Shown here: positions 1 to 8,808 of the stretch, one piece after another
How the letters are laid out: the number at the start of each line of letters is the position of its first letter
How positions within the stretch are numbered: position 1 is the first letter of the stretch
Source: a virus
Lineage: Duplodnaviria > Caudoviricetes
IMG/VR virus record: IMGVR_UViG_3300035670_000230
Span: 1-59,775 of that record
Reading direction: 5' to 3' (one strand)
Length of the DNA stretch: 59,775 nucleotides
Made by a program: the position numbers and the translations under genes
The notes under the pieces: model-generated
Told to the model about the DNA's origin: nothing
Seen by the model: the letters and a program-made list of their open reading frames with translations, nothing else
Databases searched by the model: none

Positions 1-127
1 TCGCAGGTTCCACTCAATCAATGGTAGTGTGTGTATGATTGTGTGTATATTTATCCAACTAATTATCCAAGGGGGCGCTTAGGCGCCCCATTTCATGGTG
101 TGTATAAAATTCTGGATAATTACCACG
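1..127. repeat. Terminal direct repeat, copy 1 (circular assembly overlap)
   Basis: 1-127 is identical to 59649-59775; the repeat cuts through ORF 59406..59675; 127 is a common assembler k-mer size. Confidence 0.95.
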
Positions 128-377
128 AATGGCTTGTAGATGCCTATCCACAGGAACAACGGGCCTTATATTTATCTATTTATCCATTTATCCATTATAA
201 AACAGTAAGCCCTAGAGAAAAAGATAAATTCCCAGTGCGTGTGATGCGGCTGATGGTAATTCTATAATTTCCTATATCTCATCATACGCTCCGTTCTCTC
301 CCTTTTTTCCCATTTTGGATAATTACTTTAAATTCATGGGCTTACAATTATCCAGCTAATTATCCAGCATTTATCCA
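51..377. repeat. Cluster of TTATCCA heptamers, candidate replication origin
   Basis: TTATCCA on + at 51, 63, 180, 188, 348, 360, 371 and on - at 113 and 316, in an AT-rich gap without a convincing gene. Confidence 0.6.
72..93 (+). terminator. GC hairpin, possible weak terminator
   Basis: GGGGCGC-TTAG-GCGCCCC followed by ATTT, downstream of ORF 59406..59675. Confidence 0.4.
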
Positions 378-420
378 CCCTACTACCATCATGGTTATTA
401 CCCTAATCTAAGGAACCACT

Positions 421-603
421 ATGACCCAGACGCAATACGACCAAGCGCACGAAAAGGCTATCGAAGCTATGAGACTGTATCTATCAGGAATCCTACTGCT
501 GTGCGAGTTTCAGGACCGCATCGCAGCACTCACAGCACCGAGACCCGTACCACATGAAACTGGTAATGCTTTGATTGACCCCGCTTCTGGTATCCGCATC
601 TAA
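421..603 (+). CDS. Hypothetical early protein
   Basis: AAGGA RBS, first ORF after the origin-like gap. Confidence 0.7.
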   Translation: MTQTQYDQAHEKAIEAMRLYLSGILLLCEFQDRIAALTAPRPVPHETGNALIDPASGIRI

Positions 604-624
604 CTTATTTACAAGGAGGACTAA

Positions 625-843
625 ATGACTTGCAATTATGATTTCTGTACTCAATGCGGTAGCGATATATTCCCCGAAACCCTAAAACAAACTGGAAACA
701 AGTGTGCAACTTGTCGTGACGGTGATGCGATATACGCACGTCGAAGCTGGTGCGTGGCCCCAATCAGTAACAAAGCGGCATACACCCTCATCACAGACCT
801 ATCCCTGCTGAAGCAGATGAACCCCAAACGAACGGAGGTATGA
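625..843 (+). CDS. Small Zn-finger protein
   Basis: AGGAGG RBS; CxxC...CxxC followed by the 'VAPISNKAAYTLIT' motif. Confidence 0.75.
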   Translation: MTCNYDFCTQCGSDIFPETLKQTGNKCATCRDGDAIYARRSWCVAPISNKAAYTLITDLSLLKQMNPKRTEV

Positions 844-844
844 A

Positions 845-1303
845 ATGAGTAAAGCCTTTCCATCAACAAAACATCGCACCCTTCTACTTTCCACACTTAA
901 ATTACTTGGTATTAAATCCGTTACTGTAAGTTTTCAGGGCGGTGGAGACTCTGGTGAGATCACTGGTGCAGAAGCACTAGACGCCCATGGTAAACCCGTA
1001 GATATATCAAAACACTCCATTGAATGGGAAGAAACCTACGGTTCGTTTTGTAGTGACCAAAACAAATGGGTTGAGGGTAGTCAAGTAACGACTAAATCCT
1101 TAGAAGAAATCTTTACAACCATAACCGAATGTGCTTTGGAAGAACAGGGGCTTGACTGGTACAACAATGATGGTGGGCAGGGCGAATTGATTATTGACCT
1201 ACAAACCTCACCCCCAACGATTAACTTAAATGTGGGTATTAACTATACGGAAACCACAGACCATTCGTTCGACTACACCGAGGAAACCGAGGAGGACAAA
1301 TAA
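845..1303 (+). CDS. DUF6878-like protein
   Basis: 'V.F.GGGDSG' and 'DWYNNDGGQG' motifs; adjacent to the DUF6915-like gene. Confidence 0.7.
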   Translation: MSKAFPSTKHRTLLLSTLKLLGIKSVTVSFQGGGDSGEITGAEALDAHGKPVDISKHSIEWEETYGSFCSDQNKWVEGSQVTTKSLEEIFTTITECALEEQGLDWYNNDGGQGELIIDLQTSPPTINLNVGINYTETTDHSFDYTEETEEDK

Positions 1304-1674
1304 TGCACCCTCATCACCACTCACTCACAAGCGTAAAAATCTGGGGCGGTAAGCCCGAAGATTATCAGCACATACATGACTGGTTTGACGCAACTAAAGA
1401 GCAGTTTGCAGATGCTCGACATAGAGCGTTGAGGCATCACAGTCAGGGCATATTTGAATGTGAGCGTGTATTTGGCTCAACTATAACTAATTCAGATGGC
1501 AAGATTGTGCCTGTGCGTTACATCGGTGAGCAACATATTAAAGAAGATTGTGGTGGGCGTATACCCACAGTTGCCGACTGGTTCCGCAATATCAAGATGG
1601 AAGTATGGATGAATCGTGGATACAAGGTGGACAAGATGACAAACGATCAACATGTCGAGGAGGAAGTGAAATGA
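1303..1674 (+). CDS. DUF6915-like His-rich protein
   Basis: 'HPHHH..SVK.WGG.PEDY..IHDWFD..K...RHRALRHH...EQHI.ED'. Confidence 0.75.
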   Translation: MHPHHHSLTSVKIWGGKPEDYQHIHDWFDATKEQFADARHRALRHHSQGIFECERVFGSTITNSDGKIVPVRYIGEQHIKEDCGGRIPTVADWFRNIKMEVWMNRGYKVDKMTNDQHVEEEVK

Positions 1675-2048
1675 AGATTAAGACGGATGAATTAACAGGA
1701 GTTGCCCTTGACTGGGCGGCGGCGAAGTGTGAAGGAATGCTTGAAGTTATCCACGACACAACGAGCGCGGAACTCTGGTACTACGACAGAGAGGCCGGTA
1801 GTGATAAACACTTCTGGCCTACAACCGACTGGTCACAAGGTGGCCCGATCATCGAGCGGGAAGGGATTAACTTAGTGAGGCTGGAATCTGCTCGATGGGA
1901 AGCGTGGCCTGATGTTGGAATGAATGACCAGTATTGCCAAGGCCCAACCCCACTCGTGGCGGCAATGAGGGCCTATGTCGCAAGCAAACTCGGCGATGAG
2001 GTGGACACACCAGAGGAGCTAAACCTATGCCAACCCCAACACAAATAA
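1671..2048 (+). CDS. NinX-family (DUF2591-like) protein
   Basis: ATGA overlap start at 1671; 'ELTG.ALDWA.AK', 'PTTDWSQGGPIIERE' and 'GPTPLVAAMR' motifs. Confidence 0.8.
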   Translation: MKIKTDELTGVALDWAAAKCEGMLEVIHDTTSAELWYYDREAGSDKHFWPTTDWSQGGPIIEREGINLVRLESARWEAWPDVGMNDQYCQGPTPLVAAMRAYVASKLGDEVDTPEELNLCQPQHK

Positions 2049-2137
2049 TTCGTTTAATCGGCTGGGCGTTGCTCGCCGGAGTTGCTTTCCTTACTTTTTG
2101 GTTTCTGATAGCCGCATCATTTATTTTGTTTGGTTAA
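2027..2137 (+). CDS. 36-aa single-TM peptide MPTPTQIIRLIGWALLAGVAFLTFWFLIAASFILFG (not in ORF track)
   Basis: GAGGAG RBS, fills the gap between genes, uninterrupted hydrophobic stretch. Confidence 0.65.
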   Translation: MPTPTQIIRLIGWALLAGVAFLTFWFLIAASFILFG

Positions 2138-2153
2138 CTTATGGAGAACCACT

Positions 2154-2372
2154 ATGGACAAACCCAAGCAAATCGTAGTAGAAGTTGAAGTAGTAGATGT
2201 GTATGGCAAGCCTACTTTTTACCCCCTAAATCACACTGCAGAGATGCTTGCTCACATTGCTGGAACCAAGACCCTAACGCCCCAGACTCTTAAGTTGGCG
2301 ATGGATATGGGGATAACCGTCGATGCACGACACAGACTTAACCCAATGGAGGTGCTTGCCAATGCCACTTGA
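2154..2372 (+). CDS. Hypothetical protein
   Basis: GGAGAA RBS before ATG 2154; 'VYG...YP.N..A...A.IAGTKTLT' is a motif common in phage early regions. Confidence 0.75.
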   Translation: MDKPKQIVVEVEVVDVYGKPTFYPLNHTAEMLAHIAGTKTLTPQTLKLAMDMGITVDARHRLNPMEVLANAT

Positions 2373-2562
2373 CCATACAAACCGATTCGTGCAGATACTT
2401 CAAGCAGTACAACAAGAGCGTCTTAAACGCCGAGCAAAACTAGCAGCAGAGCGTGGCGAGTATCTGCAGACCATACCCCCGACCAATCCTGAAGAAGATA
2501 AACCCATTGGATACGAGCGCAGGGAATATTTACATAGAAAAGTAAAGGATCTACTTAGATGA
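2362..2562 (+). CDS. Hypothetical protein
   Basis: GGAGG RBS before ATG 2362; overlaps both neighbours. Confidence 0.6.
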   Translation: MPLDHTNRFVQILQAVQQERLKRRAKLAAERGEYLQTIPPTNPEEDKPIGYERREYLHRKVKDLLR

Positions 2563-2885
2563 AAGTAAACAACAAAGACATGGCACAACAGGTGCGGGCA
2601 ACCAAGCAGTTCACAAACAATAACAATACCGTCTGGACAAACTGGGAAGGTAAGTTCTATACCGTTTATTCGTATGGTAGGCACTTTCCCATGTATGCGT
2701 ATGACACCGAGGCTGAGTTGTGGTACGGCAACGAGGACAAGTTTAGTAGGACCACCACCACTCATCAACGCCTCGCCAGACCTGTGGAAGCAGACAAAAT
2801 CAAATGGGTTGGCACGGAGATACTTAAGGATTTACTAGAAGCTAGGTCCACTAGCCGCTACGTTGCACGTCGATTAACTAACTAA
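2559..2885 (+). CDS. Hypothetical protein
   Basis: ATGA coupling; 'YTVYSYG.HFP...KFSRTTTTHQ' motif. Confidence 0.7.
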   Translation: MKVNNKDMAQQVRATKQFTNNNNTVWTNWEGKFYTVYSYGRHFPMYAYDTEAELWYGNEDKFSRTTTTHQRLARPVEADKIKWVGTEILKDLLEARSTSRYVARRLTN

Positions 2886-2897
2886 AAAGGAAACACT

Positions 2898-3107
2898 ATG
2901 AATTGGAACCATAGGGTTGTAGAAGTTGATATCGAAGGCGAGAAGATGTTTGAGTTTGCAGAGGTTTTCTACGAAGACGACAAGCCAATAAGTTACACCG
3001 AGCCGTTCATGTATTCAGAAACAATTGATGGACTACGTGAACTACTCAAGCGGCTGGAAGGTGCGCTTGAACAAAAAGTACTAACCCAAGACGACTTCAC
3101 TAAATAA
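2898..3107 (+). CDS. Hypothetical protein
   Basis: RBS; 'WNHRVV...EVFY' motif typical of small phage proteins. Confidence 0.75.
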   Translation: MNWNHRVVEVDIEGEKMFEFAEVFYEDDKPISYTEPFMYSETIDGLRELLKRLEGALEQKVLTQDDFTK

Positions 3108-3118
3108 AAGGAAACACT

Positions 3119-4102
3119 ATGCGATACGCAGACATCAAGCAGTCAATTACACGGCAGTTTCAAACCACTAACAAAGTTGTACCTTACATTGAGGGTGCAC
3201 CGGGCGGAGGCAAATCAGCACTTGCCAAGGAAATCGGCAGAGAACTTGGGTTCGATCGGGTTGAGATGTTCTTTGCATCACTGCGTGACCCTGTGGACTT
3301 GCTTGGCACACCGAGTAACAGCGGGGAGTACACAACGTGGAAACCACCCGAGGAGCTTGCACTTCTTCAGACTGGGCGTAACCTACTTATCCTCGATGAG
3401 TTATCTGATGCATTGACGCCCATGCAGAATGCACTGTGCGGTCTTATCCTTGAGGGTAAAGTCAACAAGCTGAAACTGTCTGACCAGACTCATATCATCG
3501 CCACGGGTAACCGGACCAAGGACAAATCAGGTGCTAATCGGGTTGTGTCTAAACTACGTGGTCGTGTTCGTACATTTGAGTTCACGGAGAACATTGACGA
3601 CTGGTCCGAGTGGGCGCTTAACAACGGCATCGACATAGTTCTTATTCAGTTCTTGCGGTTCAGACCTAACCTGCTCAGTGACTTTGACCCCGATAAAATC
3701 TGCCCGACACCACGTAACTGGGAGCGGGTTGCCATGATACCGACTGACTTGCCCAGTGATATTTACTTTGGCTCAGTGGCTGGTGATGTGGGTGAGGGTG
3801 CGGCGGCTGAGTACACTGGGTTCAGGCGTATTTACCAAGGACTGCCGAACATCGATGGACTACTGATGAATCCTGCCACGGCTGAAGTACCCACGGACCC
3901 TGCGGTGTTGTATGCCCTGACTGGTGCACTAGCTCATCGTGCTACGGCTAACAACTTTGACCGCATAAATACTTATACCGACAGGCTCAAGCCAGAGTTC
4001 AGCGTCATGTGTGTCCAAGATGCTATCAAGCTCTGCCCCGAAATTAAAACAACCAAGGCGTTCGTGCAGTGGGCAGTAAACAACGCCAACGTGCTGCTCT
4101 AG
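3119..4102 (+). CDS. MoxR-like AAA+ ATPase
   Basis: Walker A GAPGGGKS, Walker B LILDE, sensor ATGN, 'TPRNW'. Confidence 0.85.
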   Translation: MRYADIKQSITRQFQTTNKVVPYIEGAPGGGKSALAKEIGRELGFDRVEMFFASLRDPVDLLGTPSNSGEYTTWKPPEELALLQTGRNLLILDELSDALTPMQNALCGLILEGKVNKLKLSDQTHIIATGNRTKDKSGANRVVSKLRGRVRTFEFTENIDDWSEWALNNGIDIVLIQFLRFRPNLLSDFDPDKICPTPRNWERVAMIPTDLPSDIYFGSVAGDVGEGAAAEYTGFRRIYQGLPNIDGLLMNPATAEVPTDPAVLYALTGALAHRATANNFDRINTYTDRLKPEFSVMCVQDAIKLCPEIKTTKAFVQWAVNNANVLL

Positions 4103-4111
4103 GAGGTAGTC

Positions 4112-4672
4112 ATGCACAAACGCTGTACTTCTATTTTACTTGCTGGTGCATACGCCACATTACCTGGCGCCTCTGCCACTGTTAACGTCAACTTCTCAAA
4201 CATTAGTACTAGGTTACGCAACCAACTTACCCACAGTCTTGAGGTGTACCCCCAGAGCGTTAAAGGCTGGGGCAAGACTAAAAAGCTGATGCGCTTTTTG
4301 CGAGAGTATTACGGCTTCAGTGCATCTGTCGCCGAGGAAAATTATATATCTCTGGTTGTTAATGACTTTGACAAACACAAAGATATTTATGAAGAAGCAT
4401 ATAACTACTGCAAGGCGTTGATTACTGCAGCTCGTATGGGTGATGGCGACAAAAATAATTACGAGTACGACATGCGTAGGTTGAAAAGTAGTTATGATTG
4501 CGGTCGCATGAACTACTACCAGTGTTATCAAACAAAACCGTTTGCCTCTGGTGTTGGGTTGGAGTTAAGGCAACGAGTAGCAAAAATTATTCGTGAGAAA
4601 GAAGTAAACAAGTTATCTCAGGCAATGGATGTAGTAAAAACTGGTAAGACACTAACGATGTACATTAACTAA
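4112..4672 (+). CDS. Hypothetical protein
   Basis: AGGAGG RBS, 186 aa, in operon. Confidence 0.7.
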   Translation: MHKRCTSILLAGAYATLPGASATVNVNFSNISTRLRNQLTHSLEVYPQSVKGWGKTKKLMRFLREYYGFSASVAEENYISLVVNDFDKHKDIYEEAYNYCKALITAARMGDGDKNNYEYDMRRLKSSYDCGRMNYYQCYQTKPFASGVGLELRQRVAKIIREKEVNKLSQAMDVVKTGKTLTMYIN

Positions 4673-4682
4673 GGAGAACTAA

Positions 4683-5576
4683 ATGGAACTTAAAGTCACT
4701 TCCCTTTCCGAGAAGGCCATGCTGGTCAAGCTCACCACACGACGGGCAAACCTCAGTAAACGAGATGAGTATGCCGAGTCAATCATTCAACAACAGATGG
4801 ATGACACAAGCCTCATAGTCATATCCAAGTTATTCCGTGACAAGAACAACCCCATCAACCAGCTTATCTCATCAATCAACGAGGGGTACAACTACCATAA
4901 GACACACACTCTGCCTTACATTGATAAGGGTCCACGTATTCTGCCCAACGCCATGTATGAGGAGTACACAACAGAGTTAAGGCAACGTATAAGCAATACC
5001 GAGTCGTTGAAGCTCAAGCTCATGCCCCAGTACGATGTGTTTGTACAACAGGACATAAAGGCTCGCAGTGCATCGGCTATTGCAAAAGGTATTCCACCCA
5101 AAGCAAGTATCGATGACTACCCTGCGGCACATGAGTTTGAAAGTCGTATGGGGTTTGATATTAGGTTCTCTCCACTACCTGACCGCAAGCACTTCTTGTT
5201 TGACTTATCTGATGCAGATGTTTCTAACTTCACTCAGGCCATGCAGGATGTAGAACGTGCGGCTCATAACGATGCAGTCAGTCGGATGCTTGAACCACTT
5301 AAGCACTTGGTGGAAAAACTTAACAAGCCCATCGGCACAGACGGTTCAATCTTCCGTGATACAGCTATCGAGAACGTAGTTGAAGGTTGTGAGCTTGCCA
5401 AGAAACTACTCATCGACGCATCGCCTGAGGTCATTGGGTCGATTGATGGGTTAGTCACTGAGATGACCAAGTATCACGGGTCATGGTTGCGTGAGTCTCC
5501 AGTTGTTAGGGAGCAAGCGGCGAAGAAGTTGGATGACATTGCCCGACAGATGGGCGCTTTTATGGGGGCTGTATGA
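4683..5576 (+). CDS. Helical protein of the AAA/vWA module (DUF3150-like)
   Basis: 297 aa; 'HTLPY.DKGPRILPN', 'FRDTAIEN'; lies between the ATPase and vWA genes. Confidence 0.55.
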   Translation: MELKVTSLSEKAMLVKLTTRRANLSKRDEYAESIIQQQMDDTSLIVISKLFRDKNNPINQLISSINEGYNYHKTHTLPYIDKGPRILPNAMYEEYTTELRQRISNTESLKLKLMPQYDVFVQQDIKARSASAIAKGIPPKASIDDYPAAHEFESRMGFDIRFSPLPDRKHFLFDLSDADVSNFTQAMQDVERAAHNDAVSRMLEPLKHLVEKLNKPIGTDGSIFRDTAIENVVEGCELAKKLLIDASPEVIGSIDGLVTEMTKYHGSWLRESPVVREQAAKKLDDIARQMGAFMGAV

Positions 5577-5803
5577 GTTACGGTGAGATGTTCTTATTAG
5601 TATGGGCGCTGGGTGGTACGGCAGTTGCAGTTATATCCAGACACAGAATAAACATATACGAGAGGAGGTCCATGATCGCAGAGATGATGTTGATTGGGTT
5701 CATCGAGGGTACGGCCCGTATGATTAAAGAGCAGGACGGTGCGAGGTTCGTTAACGTAGCAGAAGATGGTGAAGATGAAATTTTCTTTAGGAGAAGGACA
5801 TGA
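5573..5803 (+). CDS. Small membrane protein
   Basis: N-terminal hydrophobic helix; ATGA coupling on both sides. Confidence 0.65.
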   Translation: MSYGEMFLLVWALGGTAVAVISRHRINIYERRSMIAEMMLIGFIEGTARMIKEQDGARFVNVAEDGEDEIFFRRRT

Positions 5804-6930
5804 GGCAAGTAACTAAATTAGACAGGGCCAAGGCACAGATTGTGATGGACTATCCGTTCTTCAGTAGCATACTGTTCAAGCGGGGGTTACAAGAGGATCG
5901 CACCATACCAACACTTGCTGTACCACTTAAGGGTGCAATCAGATACAACCCGGAGTTCATTGAGGGTTTACCCGTACCACAGATTGTGTGGGGCCTGTGC
6001 CATGAGGTTGGTCATGTTATTGCACAACACGCCATACGACGTAAACACCGTGACCCTAAGAAGTGGAACTATGCTGGTGACGCTTGGATAAACGACATGC
6101 TCGATGATTGTAAAGTCGGTGAGCGCATACCAGACTGTGTGGACATACCCGGCTCCAAGGACAAGACGACTGAGACAATCTACGATTCCCTGCCTGATGG
6201 TGATGATGGTGGTGGAAGCGGTGGTAGCGGTGATAAGTTCGACAATGGTTTGGGAGATGATGTTGAGTACGGTGAGCAGCTAACCGAGTCGGAGATACGT
6301 GAGATCGAAGCGCAAGCCAAGGTTGATATTGCTGAAGCAGCGCAAGCAGCGAAGGCACGAGGTAAATTACCCGGTAAGTTGGCTGAGATTGTTGCAGATA
6401 TTATCAACGTCAAGACACCGTGGTATGACATCCTTGAGCGTTACATGGTTGGTATGACTAAGGGTGAATACACTTGGACTCGGCCTAACCGACGATTCAT
6501 CGGCGGCGGCATGTACTTACCATCAGCGGGCAAGATTCCAACAATGGGTGAGATTGTCTTGCAGGTTGACATCTCAGGTTCAGTAAGTCGCAAGGAGACA
6601 GACTATTACAACGGTCATATCAGGCGCATCATAGAAATGTGCAAGCCTAGCAAAGTGCATGTCATCTACACCGATACAGAAGTTCAGAGCCATGAGGAGT
6701 ATGACAATCCAGACGATGTACATATTAAACACCAGTCGGGTGGTGGCACTAGGATGGAAGCGGGCTTTGACTATATTGCAGAAAAAGGTATCCAGCCTGA
6801 TGTAGTAGTAACCCTGACGGATGGGTACGACGATTACACCGAGGACCCCGGTTTCCCCACGGTGTGGTGTGTGAGCAGTCCCAACAAGACTGTGCCTTAC
6901 GGCGAAACCATTCACTTTGAAACTAACTAA
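5800..6930 (+). CDS. DUF2201-type metallopeptidase plus vWA domain protein
   Basis: HEVGH zinc motif, 'WNYAGD..IN', MIDAS DISGS, GGGT and LTDG. Confidence 0.85.
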   Translation: MRQVTKLDRAKAQIVMDYPFFSSILFKRGLQEDRTIPTLAVPLKGAIRYNPEFIEGLPVPQIVWGLCHEVGHVIAQHAIRRKHRDPKKWNYAGDAWINDMLDDCKVGERIPDCVDIPGSKDKTTETIYDSLPDGDDGGGSGGSGDKFDNGLGDDVEYGEQLTESEIREIEAQAKVDIAEAAQAAKARGKLPGKLAEIVADIINVKTPWYDILERYMVGMTKGEYTWTRPNRRFIGGGMYLPSAGKIPTMGEIVLQVDISGSVSRKETDYYNGHIRRIIEMCKPSKVHVIYTDTEVQSHEEYDNPDDVHIKHQSGGGTRMEAGFDYIAEKGIQPDVVVTLTDGYDDYTEDPGFPTVWCVSSPNKTVPYGETIHFETN

Positions 6931-6941
6931 GGAGAGTACAC

Positions 6942-7604
6942 ATGGCACGAGTTGCTATCAGTAAGGGAGTACTGGAGTCTGTAGGAAATAACTTACTTCA
7001 GTTTAAAATGAAAGAGATCAACCAGCTTCACAACCCCACGAAGGGTATAACCTTTGCGGCTAACGAGCCATTCATTCAGGAGTACATGTGGGAAGGTAGG
7101 CTTGACCTTCAAAGTCTTTTACCGCAGTCTTGGTTGAACAAGGACAAACGTGAGGTTGGTTTCAAGTTTAACTGTGAAGACAAAAACGCAAACGTCAGTT
7201 GGTACGAAGCAGACGCACATGTGACAATCGATTTCACCACTCATCCAATTCCATACCACATGACAAACGGTCGCCAAGTTATCAAGGTGTCGCCTGAAGT
7301 CTCAGCGCAGTACGGCATGGACAAGCTAATCAAGTTCAAAGCAGATCACGAAGCAATTTATGAGCGTTACAGCAAAGTTAAAGAAGATGTTATGACCTTC
7401 TTAAATAAGTGTAAATCGCTTAACGAAGCACTGAAGCTGTGGCCTGCAATTGCTGCTTACGTTGACAAGGATTATGTGGAAAAAGTCAATGAGGTAAAAC
7501 CCAAAGGCGAACGCAGAATTAGCGAAGCAATGGATGCCCTTGCAAAAATTGATGTTGATGCGGTACAAGCGACAGCAGTTGCTGCTAGACTTGCAAACAC
7601 TTAA
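6942..7604 (+). CDS. Nmad5-like (nucleotide modification associated) protein
   Basis: C-terminal 'L..CKSLNEALKLWP...Y' motif. Confidence 0.55.
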   Translation: MARVAISKGVLESVGNNLLQFKMKEINQLHNPTKGITFAANEPFIQEYMWEGRLDLQSLLPQSWLNKDKREVGFKFNCEDKNANVSWYEADAHVTIDFTTHPIPYHMTNGRQVIKVSPEVSAQYGMDKLIKFKADHEAIYERYSKVKEDVMTFLNKCKSLNEALKLWPAIAAYVDKDYVEKVNEVKPKGERRISEAMDALAKIDVDAVQATAVAARLANT

Positions 7605-7618
7605 ACTAGGAGGTGTGT

Positions 7619-7804
7619 ATGCATTATGACCCAGCACAGTCACAAGTCGAACTTCAACACTTGGTTGTGAAATTACAGGAAGCACTAAGCAAAACATCGC
7701 AACCAAACTTTGAGGAGATAACCATGATTGCCACAGAAATACGGGAACAAGCTAGCGATATACGCCTGTGGTCTTTTGAGAAAATGAACCGTGTAAAAGC
7801 ATGA
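7619..7804 (+). CDS. Hypothetical protein
   Basis: AGGAGG RBS. Confidence 0.6.
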   Translation: MHYDPAQSQVELQHLVVKLQEALSKTSQPNFEEITMIATEIREQASDIRLWSFEKMNRVKA

Positions 7805-7995
7805 GGTGTCAAGAGTGCGAGCACAAACCAACAAAGGTGCGGGAGACAAGAGAGATGTTAGCCAACCCACGATGGACATATAGATACCGAGTGTGTCCTA
7901 ATTGCAACAGCAAATTTGCAACGGTTGAACTTCCTGCAGTAGATTTAAACATTGGTCCAGCCGACGGTGACCATGTCGTGGAGTTTGACGAATAA
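7801..7995 (+). CDS. NrdR-N-like zinc ribbon protein
   Basis: 'MRCxxC...TKV.ETR...R.R.CxxC...F.T.E'. Confidence 0.75.
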   Translation: MRCQECEHKPTKVRETREMLANPRWTYRYRVCPNCNSKFATVELPAVDLNIGPADGDHVVEFDE

Positions 7996-8074
7996 CATCG
8001 GCAGTGGGGGCTTGAGGCATCCTCCCTCGTAACCTCAGGTGACCCCACACTTAATTTACTTACGGAGAAACTAA

Positions 8075-8350
8075 ATGGAAGAAGAAGAAGAAGTAACAAT
8101 TGACGACATAGCGCGGCTACTGGAAGTCAACAAAAAGAGCGCCATCCAACGCATGTCTCGACTGGTTAAACGACAACATGCAATCAGACTTAATTTACCT
8201 AAGCGAGGTATTCCATCACGGTTCAAGTTGCTTATATCCGTGGAGAATTTACTTCAAACACAGAAGTTTGCTGGTCCTAAGATGAGTCGAGAGGTGAACT
8301 GGCGAAAGTTCTGTGCCGACCCGTTTGGCATGGCAAAGAAGGAGATATAG
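8075..8350 (+). CDS. Winged-HTH DNA-binding protein
   Basis: 'TIDDIARLLEVNKKSAIQRMSRLVKRQ'; TACGGAGAA RBS. Confidence 0.6.
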   Translation: MEEEEEVTIDDIARLLEVNKKSAIQRMSRLVKRQHAIRLNLPKRGIPSRFKLLISVENLLQTQKFAGPKMSREVNWRKFCADPFGMAKKEI

Positions 8351-8352
8351 AC

Positions 8353-8583
8353 ATGAATAATTGGTTCGTAGGGTTTGTGATGGGTTCCTTGGTTGTACTG
8401 GCGTACCAGCGTGTTTACGACGAACCGTTGATCGTTGAGGTGGATGAGATTCAAGCCGTAGACATCATCGAGTCGTACAACCGTGGTCGTGCTGATGCAT
8501 TAAACACACAGCCAGTGAGCTTTGAGCTTGAGGAAACTTGCCTGTCTGTCTGGTCCAATAAACAAATTGTGGAGGCAAAATGA
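8353..8583 (+). CDS. Small membrane-anchored protein
   Basis: N-terminal TM segment; 'LEETCLSVW' motif. Confidence 0.65.
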   Translation: MNNWFVGFVMGSLVVLAYQRVYDEPLIVEVDEIQAVDIIESYNRGRADALNTQPVSFELEETCLSVWSNKQIVEAK

Positions 8584-8798
8584 AAACAATTGTCCACGTA
8601 AACCAGCACGTTATACGAAGCAACACAAAAACTGGAGCAAGAGAGCCAGCATTAACTGTAAAGACGTACAAGAACAACACGTATGCAAATGAAGTTCAGA
8701 TCAACGGCCCCAGTAAAGTTGTTTATAGCCCAGACAAACCTCTGTCATGCGGAGCTAGGGTATGGATAGAAACGGAAGCAGAAGTACTAACTTACTAA
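8580..8798 (+). CDS. Conserved small phage protein
   Basis: 'IHVNQHVIRSN...P.LTVK...GPS.VVY.PDKPLSCGARVWIET'. Confidence 0.75.
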   Translation: MKTIVHVNQHVIRSNTKTGAREPALTVKTYKNNTYANEVQINGPSKVVYSPDKPLSCGARVWIETEAEVLTY

Positions 8799-8808
8799 GG
8801 AGAACACA

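Noticed and set aside
31-267. 78-aa ORF over the repeat cluster
   Set aside because: No SD, and the sequence is dominated by TTATCCA repeats (YP repeats); likely non-coding.
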